Origin: the human T2T-CHM13v2.0 reference genome, Homo sapiens
Strand: one strand, 5' to 3'
Length of the DNA: 64,000 bases
Assembly: GCF_009914755.1 (NCBI RefSeq)
Contig: NC_060927.1
Part shown: in pieces, positions 1 through 12,580 of the stretch
How the letters are laid out: each line of letters starts with the position of its first letter
Numbering within the stretch: the stretch's first letter is position 1
The notes under the pieces: model-generated
The model's input: only the letters and a program-made list of their open reading frames with translations
The model's database searches: none
What the model was told of the DNA's origin: nothing
Program-made: the position numbers and the translations under genes

Positions 1-409
1 AAGAGTCCAGGAGGCTTTGAGCGTCTGGCTGGAGGCTCAGCCCTGCAGGAGAAGAGAGGAGAGAGTGTGAGGGGTGAAGAGAGGTCAGACAGAGCCCTGG
101 GGACATGGACATTTAAGGGAACAGCAAAAGCCGCTGCAGGGGTGGGAAGAAACCCAGCAGGCATCCTTACCCACAGCTGCCCACCTACCCTCCAATGGCC
201 ACTTCCCTGGGCAAGTGCGCTCCCTCCCTGCCTCAGCCTCAGCCTGGGAACTGGGCTGTGCTCCCCAGCCCCCGCCCTGCCGCTGTTCCAGGGGATCTGC
301 CGTCTGTCCTGTCCTGCCACAGTGACTCAGGCCCTGCCCTCCTCCCCGGGGATCTGAGCTAATACAAGAACAACATTCTTAGTAAAAAAGAATCCAAAAT
401 AAGGGCTAA

Positions 410-780
410 GCTTTATGCTCAAAGAAGTTCTTCACAGCATTATTTATAACAACAATAAACAAGCTAAAAGCTCAAACAAATGTTAAGGTAAATGTCCAAT
501 ATTGGGAGCTGGCTAAAAATGCAAGGTTTCTGCATACAGTGGGATATTATACAGCCTTTAAAAGAGATGTTTACAATGTTTGGGAATAACCTTGATGACT
601 GCGTAAAAAAAAGCAGCTTATATAAGTGCATAGTCAGTATGAATATAACAGCGTGTCCATAACACACAACTAGAAAAACATCTGGAAGGACACACAGACA
701 TGCCACCAATAAAAGTTGGCATCTCTGGGTGACAGAATAACTGGTCAGCTTTATTTATTCCTTCAACTTTATTGATTTAC
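410..780 (+). mobile_element. Old L1M (L1ME/MC-like) 3' UTR fragment, interrupted by the following Alu
   Basis: Motifs ttcacagcattatttataac, aaatgtcca and gggatattatacagcc resemble the L1M 3' UTR; L1-like sequence resumes at ~1073-1110. Confidence 0.65.
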
Positions 781-1072
781 TTTTGTTTTAGAGACAGGAT
801 CTTGCTCTGTTGCCCAGTCTGGAGTACAGTGGCACAATCACAGCTCACAGAAGCCTCAAACTCCTAGGCTCAAGCAATCCTCCCACCTCGGCCTTCCAAA
901 GTTCTGGGACTTCAGGAACATGCCACTACATCTGGCTAATTTTTAAATCGTTTATAGAGATAGGGTCTCCCTTTGGCACCTGGGCTGGTCTCAAGCTCCT
1001 GGCACCAATGGATCCTCCCACCTCGGCCTCCCAAAGTGTTAGGATTATAGGCATGAGCCACCATGCCTGGCC
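781..1072 (-). mobile_element. AluJ
   Basis: Starts gagacaggatcttgctctgttgccc and ends ccatgcctggcc; AluJ-type ctcaagcaatcctcc; highly diverged. Confidence 0.9.
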
Positions 1073-1239
1073 TCAATTTTCTTTATTTTTCAAAGTTTCT
1101 ACAACAGGCTTAACAATATATAAAAAAGTAAAATATATTACTACAAAAATTTTTCAGTCATCTAAAAATCACTGAAAACACCAATGAACTAATTCTAAAA
1201 GGGAGAGGAGGCTGGGATTCTGCAGGGACCAGTGCACGG

Positions 1240-1770
1240 GGTGGAGTCGGATGTGGGTTTGAAGCTGGCTCCGACACCGCCTGGCCCAGTGACCTTGGGC
1301 GGGTCTTCGCTCCTCTCTGAGCCTGCTTTCCCTCTCTAAGAATCTATTCTGGTCCTCCCGTTCACAGAGGGTTGACGTGAATACCAAATGACTGAATGCA
1401 CTTGATGTGCTAAAGGAGTGGGTGCTGCATGACAGGTGCTCGACAAAGGCGACCAAAGACTGCAGGGGTCGGTAGAGTGGGGTGAATGAGAGCAGGGCCA
1501 CCGGGCAGCACGAGGGGTGCAGGCTGTGCACTACCCAACTCCATGGGTGCAGCTCCTTTATCCTTGAGTGGAAGCAGTGGCCCCCGAGTCGCGCAGGGCA
1601 GCAGCGTGTGGTCATGTGGTCTCTGGAGTGCTGCATCCCAGCTCTGTCACCTACTAGCTGTGTGACCTTGGGCAGATCTCCAAAACTGAGGATAATAAGG
1701 GAATCAACGTGTCGGTCGGTTGTGACAGTCTGATGATCTAATGTGTGCAGGTGCTAATCACAGCAAATGG
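1240..1770 (+). mobile_element. Two MIR fragments (~1240-1440 and ~1595-1770)
   Basis: MIR core gtgaccttgggc...tctctgagcct and ctagctgtgtgaccttgggca. Confidence 0.7.
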
Positions 1771-2199
1771 CTGCCGAGTGCTTATCATCACCCTGCACAC
1801 CGCTGGGCACACACAGTCTCACCACCCCCGACTCTCTTTTTATCCCCGACAAAGGGCAGTTAAGCTTCTTCTGCAGTTCCCTCAGGTCAGGGCTGGGGAG
1901 GAAGGCGCAGGCCTGGACCGCTACAATGGCTGGGGTGCTGAAGTCAGAGTGAGACCAGCCTCTCAGCTGGCCTGGTACCCAGCGGGCATTCTCTATGGGC
2001 TTTCACACTGAGCACTGCATGGCCATAGGGCCCAGGTGCCCACCTGGCCAGCCTGGAGGTCAGAGGCAGGAGCTCTCTGCCTTGTCAGTCACTGGGCTCT
2101 CAGCATCTCCTTGCAAGTTTGGCTGCCATGCTGGGCCCCTTCCTGCCTCCCTTCTTACTGTTCTAAACCACCCCTAGCCCCGCACTGGGAAGGATCTAT

Positions 2200-2690
2200 T
2201 TAACCTGAAACCTGACCATGTCGTAGCTCTGGTTCCAACCCAGTGCTGGTCACCCTTGGCTCTCGGAGACCTGTGCGGACGCCTCCCCCTGCCCCTCCTG
2301 ACCTTCATCTTCCTTTCCGGCCATGCCCCGACTCATGCCACTCCAGCCAAGGGGCCCACTGTCAGCCCCCCACTCCCAAGCTCTTCCCGGCCCCAGGGCC
2401 TTTGCACGACTGCCACCCTCATTGGGAATGCTCTTCCTCCCACACTCACTGCTGGCTCCTTCTTGTGGCTCCAGGCACGGCAGAGTGTCTATTCCTGCCC
2501 CACCAGCTCCCTCACAGTCGTCGACCTGAGAAGGGACTCTGTAATAATTACACACTGGTTTACTATCATGTGACCGCCTCCCCCACTGGAATGTGAGCCT
2601 GGTGGGGGCAAGGACAATGTCTGTCAGTCACTGCTTTATCCCCTGTGCCTGATAACTTGCAGGTGCTCAATTAATGCCCGTGGACTGAAC
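2200..2690 (+). mobile_element. L2 3' fragment
   Basis: cccagggcctttgcac, gaatgctcttcc, tgtgagc and a gtgctcaat terminus. Confidence 0.65.
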
Positions 2691-2859
2691 AAGTTGGCAG
2701 CTGAGTGACACTAGTGTTCAAGGAGAGAGAGGACCTACGTGCCTACCCTGTCTCCCATTAATGCAGATGGGGGCTGAGAGAAGGTGGCAGTTCTCACATT
2801 CTCCCAGGATCTGAGTCCCTGCCTCAGTCACTCACTGGTCCTTCACCCACTGAGAGGCA

Positions 2860-3060
2860 GTGTGGCAGCAGATAACAACCGTGGAGTCAAGAAGACGGGG
2901 CTTCAAATTCCAGCTCTGCCACTCACCTGCTGTGTGACCCTGGGCAAACGACTCAGCCTCTCTGGGCCTCTTCCTCTTCCTACTCTGAACAATGGGGTGG
3001 CACATTTGGCTTGCTGGATAAGTGTACCTGGGAGGGTACTCTGACTGGGTGTGCATTTCC
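2860..3060 (+). mobile_element. MIR
   Basis: ttcaaattccagctctgccactcacctgctgtgtgaccctgggcaa...cctctctgggcctc. Confidence 0.8.
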
Positions 3061-3912
3061 CACTGCACAAATGCCCATCCCAGACTGGCTGAAAGCAGAG
3101 GCCTCGGGGCCTGCGTTGCAGTCAGAAGCCTGGCCTGTGGCCGCAGGGTCTCTAGGCAGCCTTGCTAGATGCTTCATCTGGAGAACAGGCATGAAATGGT
3201 GCCTCCTCCAAGAGCTGTGGAGAATAAATGAGGGGACACATGTCCCGTGCGTAGCTGGGATGGCACCTGGCATACAGAGTGTCAGCGACCTGAGGATGAG
3301 ATCTCGCTCCACTTTCTCCTTGTCTCCCCAGCACCTTGTGCGGAGCCTGGCATGGAGCCGAGCTCAGCGACTATTTGTTGAGTGAATATCTCTCGGTCCC
3401 CACTTCATGCCAGAGTCCTGCCCTGGAGGAGTACGCGGTTTTCCAGTGAGAGAGCCTTCCCCCCATCCCCTAGCCTTCCCCAGGGAGGTGGGGGGAAGGG
3501 GTGGACTGAGGGGAGGGCGGAAGGCCATATGTACCAGGGGCTCCAAGCGCATGGCTGAGTTCATGCCTCCTGCAGGGTCTCTGTTCCTCTTCTGGTGGTT
3601 TCTAGGGTGGGGTGGAAGGTAGAAAAAGAAGAGAACTCAGCTGGTCCCAGCTGTGGTGGGGGTTGTGGGTTTTTCCAGCTCAGGTGGGGTTTTCAGAGGG
3701 CAGCTGCACCTGACGACCTGGGGCCTGGCTAAGTAAGGCGTGGGGCACACGGCAGGTCACCCAGCCCAGGGAACGGGCATCACTACATAGGTGGTGTGGA
3801 GTCTGGGGCCCCCAAAGCTCCTTCCACACCCCACATCCCCCCTGACATACTCAGCTCAAAGCCTGTGTCCGGATGCTCTTTCTGGCCTGGCAACATCCCA
3901 GGGGGTAGCCTG

Positions 3913-4050
3913 TTCATTCATTCATCCAAACTTTACTGAGCACCTACTGTGTGCCAGACAGTTTTAGGCACCAGGACTTAGCAGTGAATAAGATATAAAA
4001 ATCTGCCTCGTGGGGCTGACCGTCCAGTGGAGGAGACGGACATCAGATGA
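3913..4050 (-). mobile_element. L2 3' end
   Basis: ttcattcattca...actgagcacctactgtgtgccag. Confidence 0.75.
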
Positions 4051-4589
4051 TGACGGGTGCCATGATGGCCCTGGGCACTCTGATGGCAGAAACAGTGTCA
4101 ACAGCATCTGCCAGTCCCATTCTCCTGCCTGCCATTCCAGATGCCTAAGCCTAGAACTCTGGGATGGGCAGAACTGAGGACAGGGGAGATGGGCCCAGCT
4201 TCAGGCTCTGAACCGACTCAGCTCACCAGAAGTCACTGGTACAAAGCGGTTTCCCAGGATCATTGGCCGTAGTAACCAAGATCTATGCCCAGAACTGGGG
4301 AGGCGATAGTCTTCCCAGTCCTGCTCAGACCCTGTCTGGGTCTCAAGCTCAGCTCTGGTTCCTGCCCTGAGAAAGTGATAAGGGCAGCCTGGGCTATGAT
4401 TAGAGGGAGTGTATGGGATGCAAAAGGCCTGAAAATGTCACCAACAAGAAGAAACAGCCTCGGGGTGGGGTGGGGGGGCAATTCTAGCCCCCAAGTCCTT
4501 GGGTAGGGTTGTCCTGGGACAGAAAAACAGGTTGTTGGGCTCAGAGGCCATAGATAGGACCCTCGAACAAAGAGGAACAGGGAAGAGTG

Positions 4590-4750
4590 CTAGCATTTAT
4601 CGAACTCCCGCTTATTACGACATCTCCTCGGATGCCCCAAACAGCCATATGAAGAAAGCTATTACTGAGTCCATTTTACAGATGAGGAAACTGATGCTCA
4701 GAGACACAAAGAGACCTGCTCTGTGTCACTCAGCCAGCACAGAACTGAAC
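4590..4750 (-). mobile_element. MIR
   Basis: ccattttacagatgaggaaactga core. Confidence 0.75.
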
Positions 4751-6049
4751 CGACCAGAGCAGCCCCAGTAGCAGCAAGGGTGATGTTAGGAGGATGCTGA
4801 CTTCAGCTCTGGTCGGGGCAAGCACCCTTATCAGAGCTGCCTGGTGAGAGAGTGAGATCCTTGTCATGGGAACTGTGCAAGCAGAGGGGTCACGTGGAGG
4901 GCGGGGCTTCATGGCAGACAGGAACCCTTCAGTGCGTAGGGTCACCTTCAATACTCGTTCAATCCTGGGATTCTGACGTAAGAAGGATAGTGTGTTTAAG
5001 GACCAGAAAACTAGGCCTCCGTGACGGCAGCCCTGCCAGCAGAGCCTGCAGGAGACGGGGTGTCCAGCTGCAGCCAGGTGGGTCCTTGCTGGAGTGAGCA
5101 CCCACGGTTGACAACAGCTCCCCCTTCATAGCCTCTTTCCAGTTTTACAGGCTAGTGGTTGTGACAGAATAGCCGTTACCAAAGTGAACCCCTTGAAGCC
5201 TTCAGGCCCACGTGCTGTTACCCCATTTCACAGACGGACAGGAGGCCCGAGGCCACGTCTTGGACTTCCGTCTGAGACTCGTCGCTGGCCTGAGGGGCAT
5301 GTGGTTATCGGCCAATGCGAGGCTCTCGAGGCTGCCCAGGCCCTTCCTGCGGGGAACACAGACATAGTGTCTTCACCTCTCTCTTCAGACAGTCCTCACC
5401 TGCAGGTGGCTGTCACCCGCTATCCTTACCCAGGGAGGGAATTTGGAAGGTGGCTCCACGCGGCCCCTCTGCTTGCACACTTCTCCTCTACCCCCAGTCT
5501 GGCTGGTAACTTGGGCCGCCGCAGGGCTGGCGCTGAAGGACTGAGGTTGCTGGTCACCCAGACTAGAGAGACTGTTTTGGGGCAGAGTGAGGTAGGCAGC
5601 TGAGGACACAGCAGGCATGGATGCTGCCCTCAGACCTCAGCTCAGATTCTGATCACCGCTTGCCTGCTGTATGACCCTGGGCAAGGGGCTGCTGACTCTG
5701 AGTCTTAGTTCCTATATGGAAAATGGGAAAGGCAGATTCCTTACCCAGAATGGACAGACTGAGGAGGGTGACAGGAGATGATGCCGGTTTGTGCCCACCG
5801 TGGCGGGGATGACACAGCACATGCTCAGTGAGGGCTGCTTGTCACCATCATCATGACAGCACTGTTGGCCTTGGAAAGCCTACCTCAGTCTCCATGCTGG
5901 TTCAGCGCTGGGAGATGGGTGTGGAAGAAACTGGCACACAGAGCCACCTGCAGGGCTGGGAACCAGCGGGCGTCTTTTTCCTGGGAGGGTCAGGGCCTTT
6001 CTTCACCCTGGTTGGAGCCACTGCCTATTTCTGTATTGCGGTGTATCGT

Positions 6050-6512
6050 GGTAAATGCAAATCAGACCCATCCCGCCAGCTTCCCACTGCACTCAGAACC
6101 GAAAGCCTGGTTCTGCCCCACAGTTCTGCCACCCCGCACCTGCCTGCTCCCTTCCATGAGAGCCTCGTTCCTGCCTCAGGGCCTTTGCATCTGCTGTTCC
6201 CTCCCTCAGCTCTCTGCACAGCTCTCTCTTCAGGTCTCAGCTTAGCAATCACCTGCAAGGGAGGCCTTCCTGAGCACCCTTGAAGAAGTAGCCCCCAGGC
6301 ACTGTCTCCTCACCCAGTTTACTTCCTCTAGGCCATTTACAGGCATCCTGTTTAATTGTTCTTTCTCAACATCTGTCTTCTCTCAAGAAAATATCCTGTC
6401 CACAAGGCAGGGTCACCCCCTGTCTTGGTTATCGTGGCATCCCCCAGTGCACTGAATGGGGCCTGGCACACAGCAGGTGCTAATAAATGTTTGCCAACCA
6501 AACGAATGAATG
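6050..6512 (+). mobile_element. L2 3' fragment
   Basis: cctcagggcctttgca...cctggcacacagcaggtgctaataaatgtt...gaatgaatga. Confidence 0.8.
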
Positions 6513-7166
6513 ACCTCAAGCCACACTCCCTCATTCACCCCCAGCTGGTTCAGGGGATCGTGGGTGCCACACTGTAGCTCTACTTATTTCACATGCCACA
6601 CCCTTTGAAGGTTTGGTGAAAATCCCACCCCAGACAACATTCTTCCTACAGTCTAAATCTACACTGGGTAATTACTTTCAAATCCACACTAATAATAGGT
6701 CTTGTGATTACAGTTTATTTGCTGCGACTTTAGTTAATGGGCTGGATGGAATATTTGCATCTAGAAAGTTCCCCTGATGTTTTAAAGAGCTCCCAAATTC
6801 ATCCACCAAAAGGAAGAGAAATAGCAAGAAAGAATAACTCAGAGAACTGCATTGTTGCCTCTTGGTGCAGGAGAGGCTCTCGGTGCAGAAAGAGCCCCAG
6901 AGTGTGTGCAGGAGGTCTGCAGACAAGCCCCTTCGCTTCTCTCAGCCTCAGTCTCCTCATCTGCAAAATGGGTTGGTAAACCTGGCTGGCAGGGGAGGAG
7001 ACCGTGAATCAAACCCAAACCTTGACAGCCGTGATGACTTTGCAATTTGCTAAGAGCCTCTGCACCACTATCCCAGTCATGTTTTTCTTTTAACTATTTT
7101 TAGTTAAATGCATTTGAAAGGGAGTTTTTCTTTCACTACCACAAACGGAAAACCAGGATCACTTGC

Positions 7167-7540
7167 TGTCTTCGTCTATTTTGTGCTGCTGTAACAGAAT
7201 ATCTGAGACTGGGTAGTTATAAATGTATTACTCACAGAGATTTATTGCTCAGTTCTGGAGGCTGGGAAGTCTAAGGTCAAGGGGCTTGCACCTGGCAAGG
7301 GCCACCCTGCTGCATCCTCCCGTGGCAGAAGGTGGAAGGGCCAAAGAGCACTACGGAGGGATGGGGGCCGAACTTATCCTGTTTATCAGGGCCCGCTCCC
7401 AGGACAACTACCCCACTTCTGAGTTAACATGAACCCCTCCTGGCCCAACCCCTTCTTCAAGGCCCCAACCCTCACCGCTGCTGCCCTGGGGACTAACTTC
7501 CCAATGCATGAACTTTGGGGGACAAATTGAAACCACAGCA
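7167..7540 (-). mobile_element. MaLR solo LTR (MST/MLT1A-like)
   Basis: Begins tgtcttcgtctattttgtgctgctgtaacag, contains agttctggaggctgggaagtc, ends ggggacaaattgaaaccacagca; these are the reverse-complemented MaLR LTR termini. Confidence 0.85.
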
Positions 7541-8699
7541 CTAGAGCACAGTCCCCCCACCCTGTCTAACACAGCCCCTCCCTGTTTCTCTTCTCTGGTG
7601 CCTGGTGTTCTGTGACCCACTGATCACTTTGTGTGTTTACCATCTGTTTCTCACACTGGATTAGTTTCATGTCTGTCCCGTAACTGCTGAGTCCCCAGGG
7701 CTTAAAGCAGGGCAGCGTGCTAACGCAGTGGGTGGCGAAGGAACAGATGAAAGTGGAGGGGGAAGAGGAACTGCTGGCCATTCGTGCATGTGCTCACCCA
7801 GCACCTGCATGCTGACGACGCCCTCGCTTGACCTCTGCTCACTGCAGGGCTGAGGTCCAGATACCTCCACCACATCTATGAGAGCACAAGCTTAGTATGC
7901 CGAGGCCCACCAGCTTCCCGAAGCCTGCTCCTCCCCACTCCTGCTCTCTCCAGGCCCCCACCCACTCACTCTCACTCCTCCCAGCCTCCACACCCCTCCC
8001 TGGTTCCTGTCGCCCTCCCCGCTCCTCTGAATGGCCTTAGTACCCTCCCTACCCTCCTTGATTCAGCTCTCAGCCAGACCAATCCTTTGGCTGAACCTAC
8101 ATGAGACCATGGCCCTCTTCTGCTCAGTACCCTCCCGGGGACCCCACCCCACTCAGAATAAAAACCCCAATCCTTGCCATGATCCACAGGCCCTGCTTTA
8201 CCCCCTGGGCCTTATTTATCCTCCTCCTAACTCTGCCTCGGGCACACTGGCCTGTTGCAGTTTCTCCAGCTCCAGCTCCAGGCTCTCCTGCCCCAGGGCC
8301 TTTGCATGTGTCATGCTTTTTGCCCAGGGGGATATTCAAAATATTTAACACAGGCACTGGCCCCCACCACTCCAAAACACCTCCTGCTAGGCTAAGTATT
8401 AACTCCTTTATTGCAGATCCTAGGGACATCTGAAGAGGGCCAGGAGAAGGGCTGGACAGAGACAGCAGCAGTGGGAGCCCCTCTGGGGGTCCAGACAGTG
8501 GGCTTTAACCCAGGGGCATGAAAAGATTTCAGTATTGTAACGACAGGTGTGTAACCGCTGGACATATGCCCTGACTTGGCCTGGCCCACTCCTCTCCTAT
8601 TGGCCAGGAGGCCCCCTTGGGCCCCTCCCCAAAATACACTGCCACACCCCATCCTGGCCTTTTACTTTAGCACTTGTCACTATAAAACCACACAGCCCT

Positions 8700-9420
8700 A
8701 AAATATAAACAACCCAAGTGTGCATCAACAGATGATGGATAAACAATGCGATCTGTCCATACTATGAAACATTATTTAGCCATAAAAAGAAATAAAATTT
8801 GGGGAGCACTAGCCCATGCCTGTAATATCAACACTTTGGGAGGCTGAGGCTGGAGAATTACTTGAGCCCAGGAGTTTGATACCATACTGGGCAACACAGT
8901 GAGACTCAGTCTCTACAGAAAAAATTTTTTTTTAATTAGCCAGGTGTGGTGGTGCACACCTGTAGTCCCAGCTACTTAGGAGGCTGAGGTGGGAGGATCC
9001 CTTGAGCCCAGGAGGTCAAGGCTTCAGTGAGCTGTGTTTGTGCCACTGCACTCCAGCCTGGGTGACAGAATGAGACCCTGTCTCAAAAAAATTGTTTTTA
9101 AAGAAATGAAGTACCGATATATGTGGCAACATGGATAAACCTTGGAAACATGATGCTAAGTTAAAGAAGCCAGACACAAAAGGACACATCTTCTATGATT
9201 CGAATGGTGTGAAATGTCCAGAACAGGCAAATCCATAGAGGTAGAAAGCAGATGAGTGGCTGCCAGGGAATGGGAGGAGGCCTAGGGAGTATGTGGACGG
9301 CTGCGAATGGGTATGGAGTTTCTGCCTGGAGTGATGAAAATGTTTTAAAACCTATTGTGGGGATGGTTGTGCAACTCAGTGAATTTACTAGAAAGCATTG
9401 AATTGTACACTTTTAAAAAC
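8700..9420 (+). mobile_element. L1MB-like 3' end split by an AluJ
   Basis: aacaacccaagtgt..., atggataaaccttggaaacatgatgctaag, gaagccagacacaaaagg, gaattgtacacttt. Confidence 0.85.
8800..9091 (+). mobile_element. AluJ
   Basis: Dimeric Alu with cttgagcccaggag in both arms; degenerate target-site duplication (TSD) aaagaaat(a/g)aa. Confidence 0.9.
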
Positions 9421-9433
9421 ACTGTATATTTTA

Positions 9434-9804
<371 letters not shown>

Positions 9805-11564
9805 CTAGCTTCATGAAGGTAAGGATTTTTGTCTGTTTTATTCACTATACTCTAGTGCCTGGAATACCACCGGTATTTAATAAAATGTGAAATGAGTGAC
9901 TGAATGAGTGAGTGGATGTATGAATGAATGATTGCAATCTGAGCTCAAGGTGCTGCTCCCCAGTGAGTCCCAGCACTCAGGCACACCCCCATCCCGTGTT
10001 GCACCTCTCTGTGTCCATGTGTGCCACCCACTGGCTGCAAGTCCCCCACAGGACATGCTCATGGAGTCTGTGGGGTGATTGGTGACAGGCCTGGTGCAGG
10101 GGCAGGTCCTGGTAGAGGTAGGCCCCACGCTGGGCTGAGAGACTCTACAGCCCACCACATCCCGAGAGCCCCTTCTCCCTCCCCACAGCCTGGTGTTGAT
10201 TTAAAGGGACTTTGCTGGGCTTCTGCCATGTGCCAGGTGCTCTGCTGGGCCTGAGGAGGCACACTAAGGGGACCTGGCACCCTGTGACTCGTATGAGCTC
10301 CGTAGAGATTTTAGACTTCGATCCTTGAGCTCAGAAGGACCTCAGCCGGGGACACTCAGGCACAGACAGGCTGAGAATGGAACCCGGGTATCCACAGTTC
10401 CCTTGACCAAAAGCCCTGTGCGGAATTTGAACCCCAGCCGCGGGGACAGCACTGGAAGACTGCACGGAGCTGCCTGACCAGCCAGGAGGAAGATTAATTT
10501 GGATTTGGCTGGCCTGGCCTCCTCCTCACCGCCCACACTCCTCTGCCCTGATGACCCATTCTGTGCTCGGTTTCTACGGCCTTCTCCCAGAGAGGTTTGT
10601 AAAGACTTCTCGTCACTCAGGTCTTGACTCAGTGGACACTCTCTCAGGGAGGGCTCCTGCCCACCTCTGTCCTGCACTCCCTACGCCATCGCTCACTCAG
10701 GTGCATGCCTTGACCCCGTCACCACTCTCCGAGGGCAGCAGCATCGGTCTCTCTGCCAGGCTGCTGGTTGCTGTCCTCCTTCCTCATTGGCATACAGACT
10801 CCAGGAGGCCAGGGGAGTCTGTTTTATTCACTGAAGCAGGCTCAAGCCATAGACCGTGCCTGGCACATAGCAGATGCTCAAAAAATATTTGCCGAATGAA
10901 TGAGGGAGTTTGTTTACAGGACAGATGCTGGAATGAGACCCAGGACAGTGTTGCTGGGCCTTTGACTTGGGCTTGGGCCTACTGAAACCCATGCATCTTT
11001 TCTCCCATCTCTTCCCCTGGCCTCCTGGCCTCCCTGCCCTCCCTGAGCACAGCCCTCCTTTGTGACTACTGCAGGAGCAGGGGCTGGGGTGTGAAAGGAC
11101 CCAGAAGCCCAGGTGGGACGGGCCCACAATGCTCCCAGGAAGCCCGACTTGGCTGTGCCTCAGCCTTGCCCCCGCTGACCTGTCTGTTCACCCCAGCTGT
11201 TCCTATGACCAGGCCCTTGTCAGCCCTCCCTCTGTATTCAGGGAAACTGAGAGGTGCCTGAAGCTCCAACATAAAAAACAAAGACACAGGCAGGCAGAGG
11301 ACACGTGTGGCACATTTGGGGAGTCTTCAGGGGTTTTCCTAGGAAAGCCACATCCTCTGTGGAAGCCTAGACTGTTCAGGCTTCCTCCCAGGTCTCCTCT
11401 TTGGTCTGGGAGGGCAGCTTGGGTGGGGTCGGGGTGGGCAGGACCTGGAGGCGCTGGAGCAGGGCAGTCATGGGGGAGGTGGTCAGTGTCCCCAGGCCCC
11501 CCAGGCAGTCCTGAGGGCCTGTGCATGGCCGAGGCCAGGAGGAAGCTAAGCACAGCTCTTTCTG

Positions 11565-11619
11565 GGGTCAAGCTACCCTGCACTGCGCGGGGTCAATTGC
11601 CCTGCACTGCGCAGGGTCA
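11565..11619 (+). repeat. Short tandem duplication, 24-25 bp unit
   Basis: gggtca-agcta-ccctgcactgcgcg-gggtca-attg-ccctgcactgcgca-gggtca. Confidence 0.85.
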
Positions 11620-11828
11620 GAACTGACTGCATCAAAAGGGGCTAGTGAGATGCCTGTGCCTAGGGCTAAGCAAGCCAGCAGGGACATACCAGGCAGGAGA
11701 AGAAGACCTTGTGAGCTTCTGCCAGCTCTGAGGACACCGTATCACGGGGGTGTTTCCATAAAGTGCTCAGGGAAGTAAGTTCTGGGGTTAGTACAGCTCA
11801 AAGGCGCTAGGTGTAATGCTCAGAAGTT

Positions 11829-11843
11829 CCAGCAGAGGGCAGC
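11829..11843 (+). promoter_or_regulatory. Candidate CTCF site
   Basis: CCAGCAGAGGGCAGC matches the core CCASYAGRKGGCRS and lies in a locally CpG-retaining, non-repeat patch. Confidence 0.55.
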
Positions 11844-11983
11844 GCGCGGCTGCTGCAAAGTCGTGCAAAGAGATACCTGCAAAACACGCCCCGGCTGACC
11901 ACGGACGTCCCAGAACGCTGTTGACCTGGCTCCTTCCCAGGCCTGCCCAGGCCTCATTCCCTGGCCACATGTCCTCTCCCCAT

Positions 11984-12580
11984 CTGGGTTAGGCTAAAAT
12001 AATCCCAGGAACTGAGATGCTGCCAAGAAGACACAACACAGAGACAGGACCCTAAGGACCAGGAGCAGCGCGTGCCTGGGTGCTGGGGGCCTCTCTGAGA
12101 CGGCGACATTTAAGCCAAGAGCTAAATAATGGGAGAAGTCAATTTTAGCCCCTAACCCGAATTATTTCTGTTCCCTCACCAGAACAATCTCAATGGTGTC
12201 TCCTCTATCAACCCCTCTGATGGTGGCCTCTTCGCGTAAAACAGTCCACCAACATTCAGGCCCTGCGCTCTCTGGCCCCACCCACCTTGCAGGGTTCCTG
12301 TCCCAGTGCCAGCCCCTCCTCACTCTGCTCCAGGAACGCTGGCCAACTTTCCATCTCCAAGGCCGAACTTCTTCGAGTCCCGGGGCCTTTGCCCTTGCTG
12401 TTTCCTCTGCCGCGAGCACTCTTCCCCCTCCCGTAGCCGGCTCCTCCCATTATTTAGCTCTTGGCTCAGAGAGGCCCCCAGCACCCAGGCACAAGCTGCT
12501 CCTAGTCCTCAGGGTCCTATCTCTGTGTTGTGTCTTCTTGGCAACATCTCAGTACTTGGGATTATTTTAGCCTAACTCAG
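11984..12580. repeat. Inverted repeat: arms 11984-12140 and 12439-12580 (L2-derived sequence)
   Basis: Manual alignment gives ~11 substitutions over ~142 bp plus one 15-bp indel. Confidence 0.95.

Noticed and set aside
10433-10453. REST/NRSE-like cccagccgcggggacagcact
   Set aside because: The left half (CAGCACC) is broken and the site lies in MIR-like sequence.
11984-12580. Inverted repeat as a new MITE or pre-miRNA
   Set aside because: No flanking TSD was seen, the arms are L2-derived, and the 298-bp loop is too large for a pre-miRNA.
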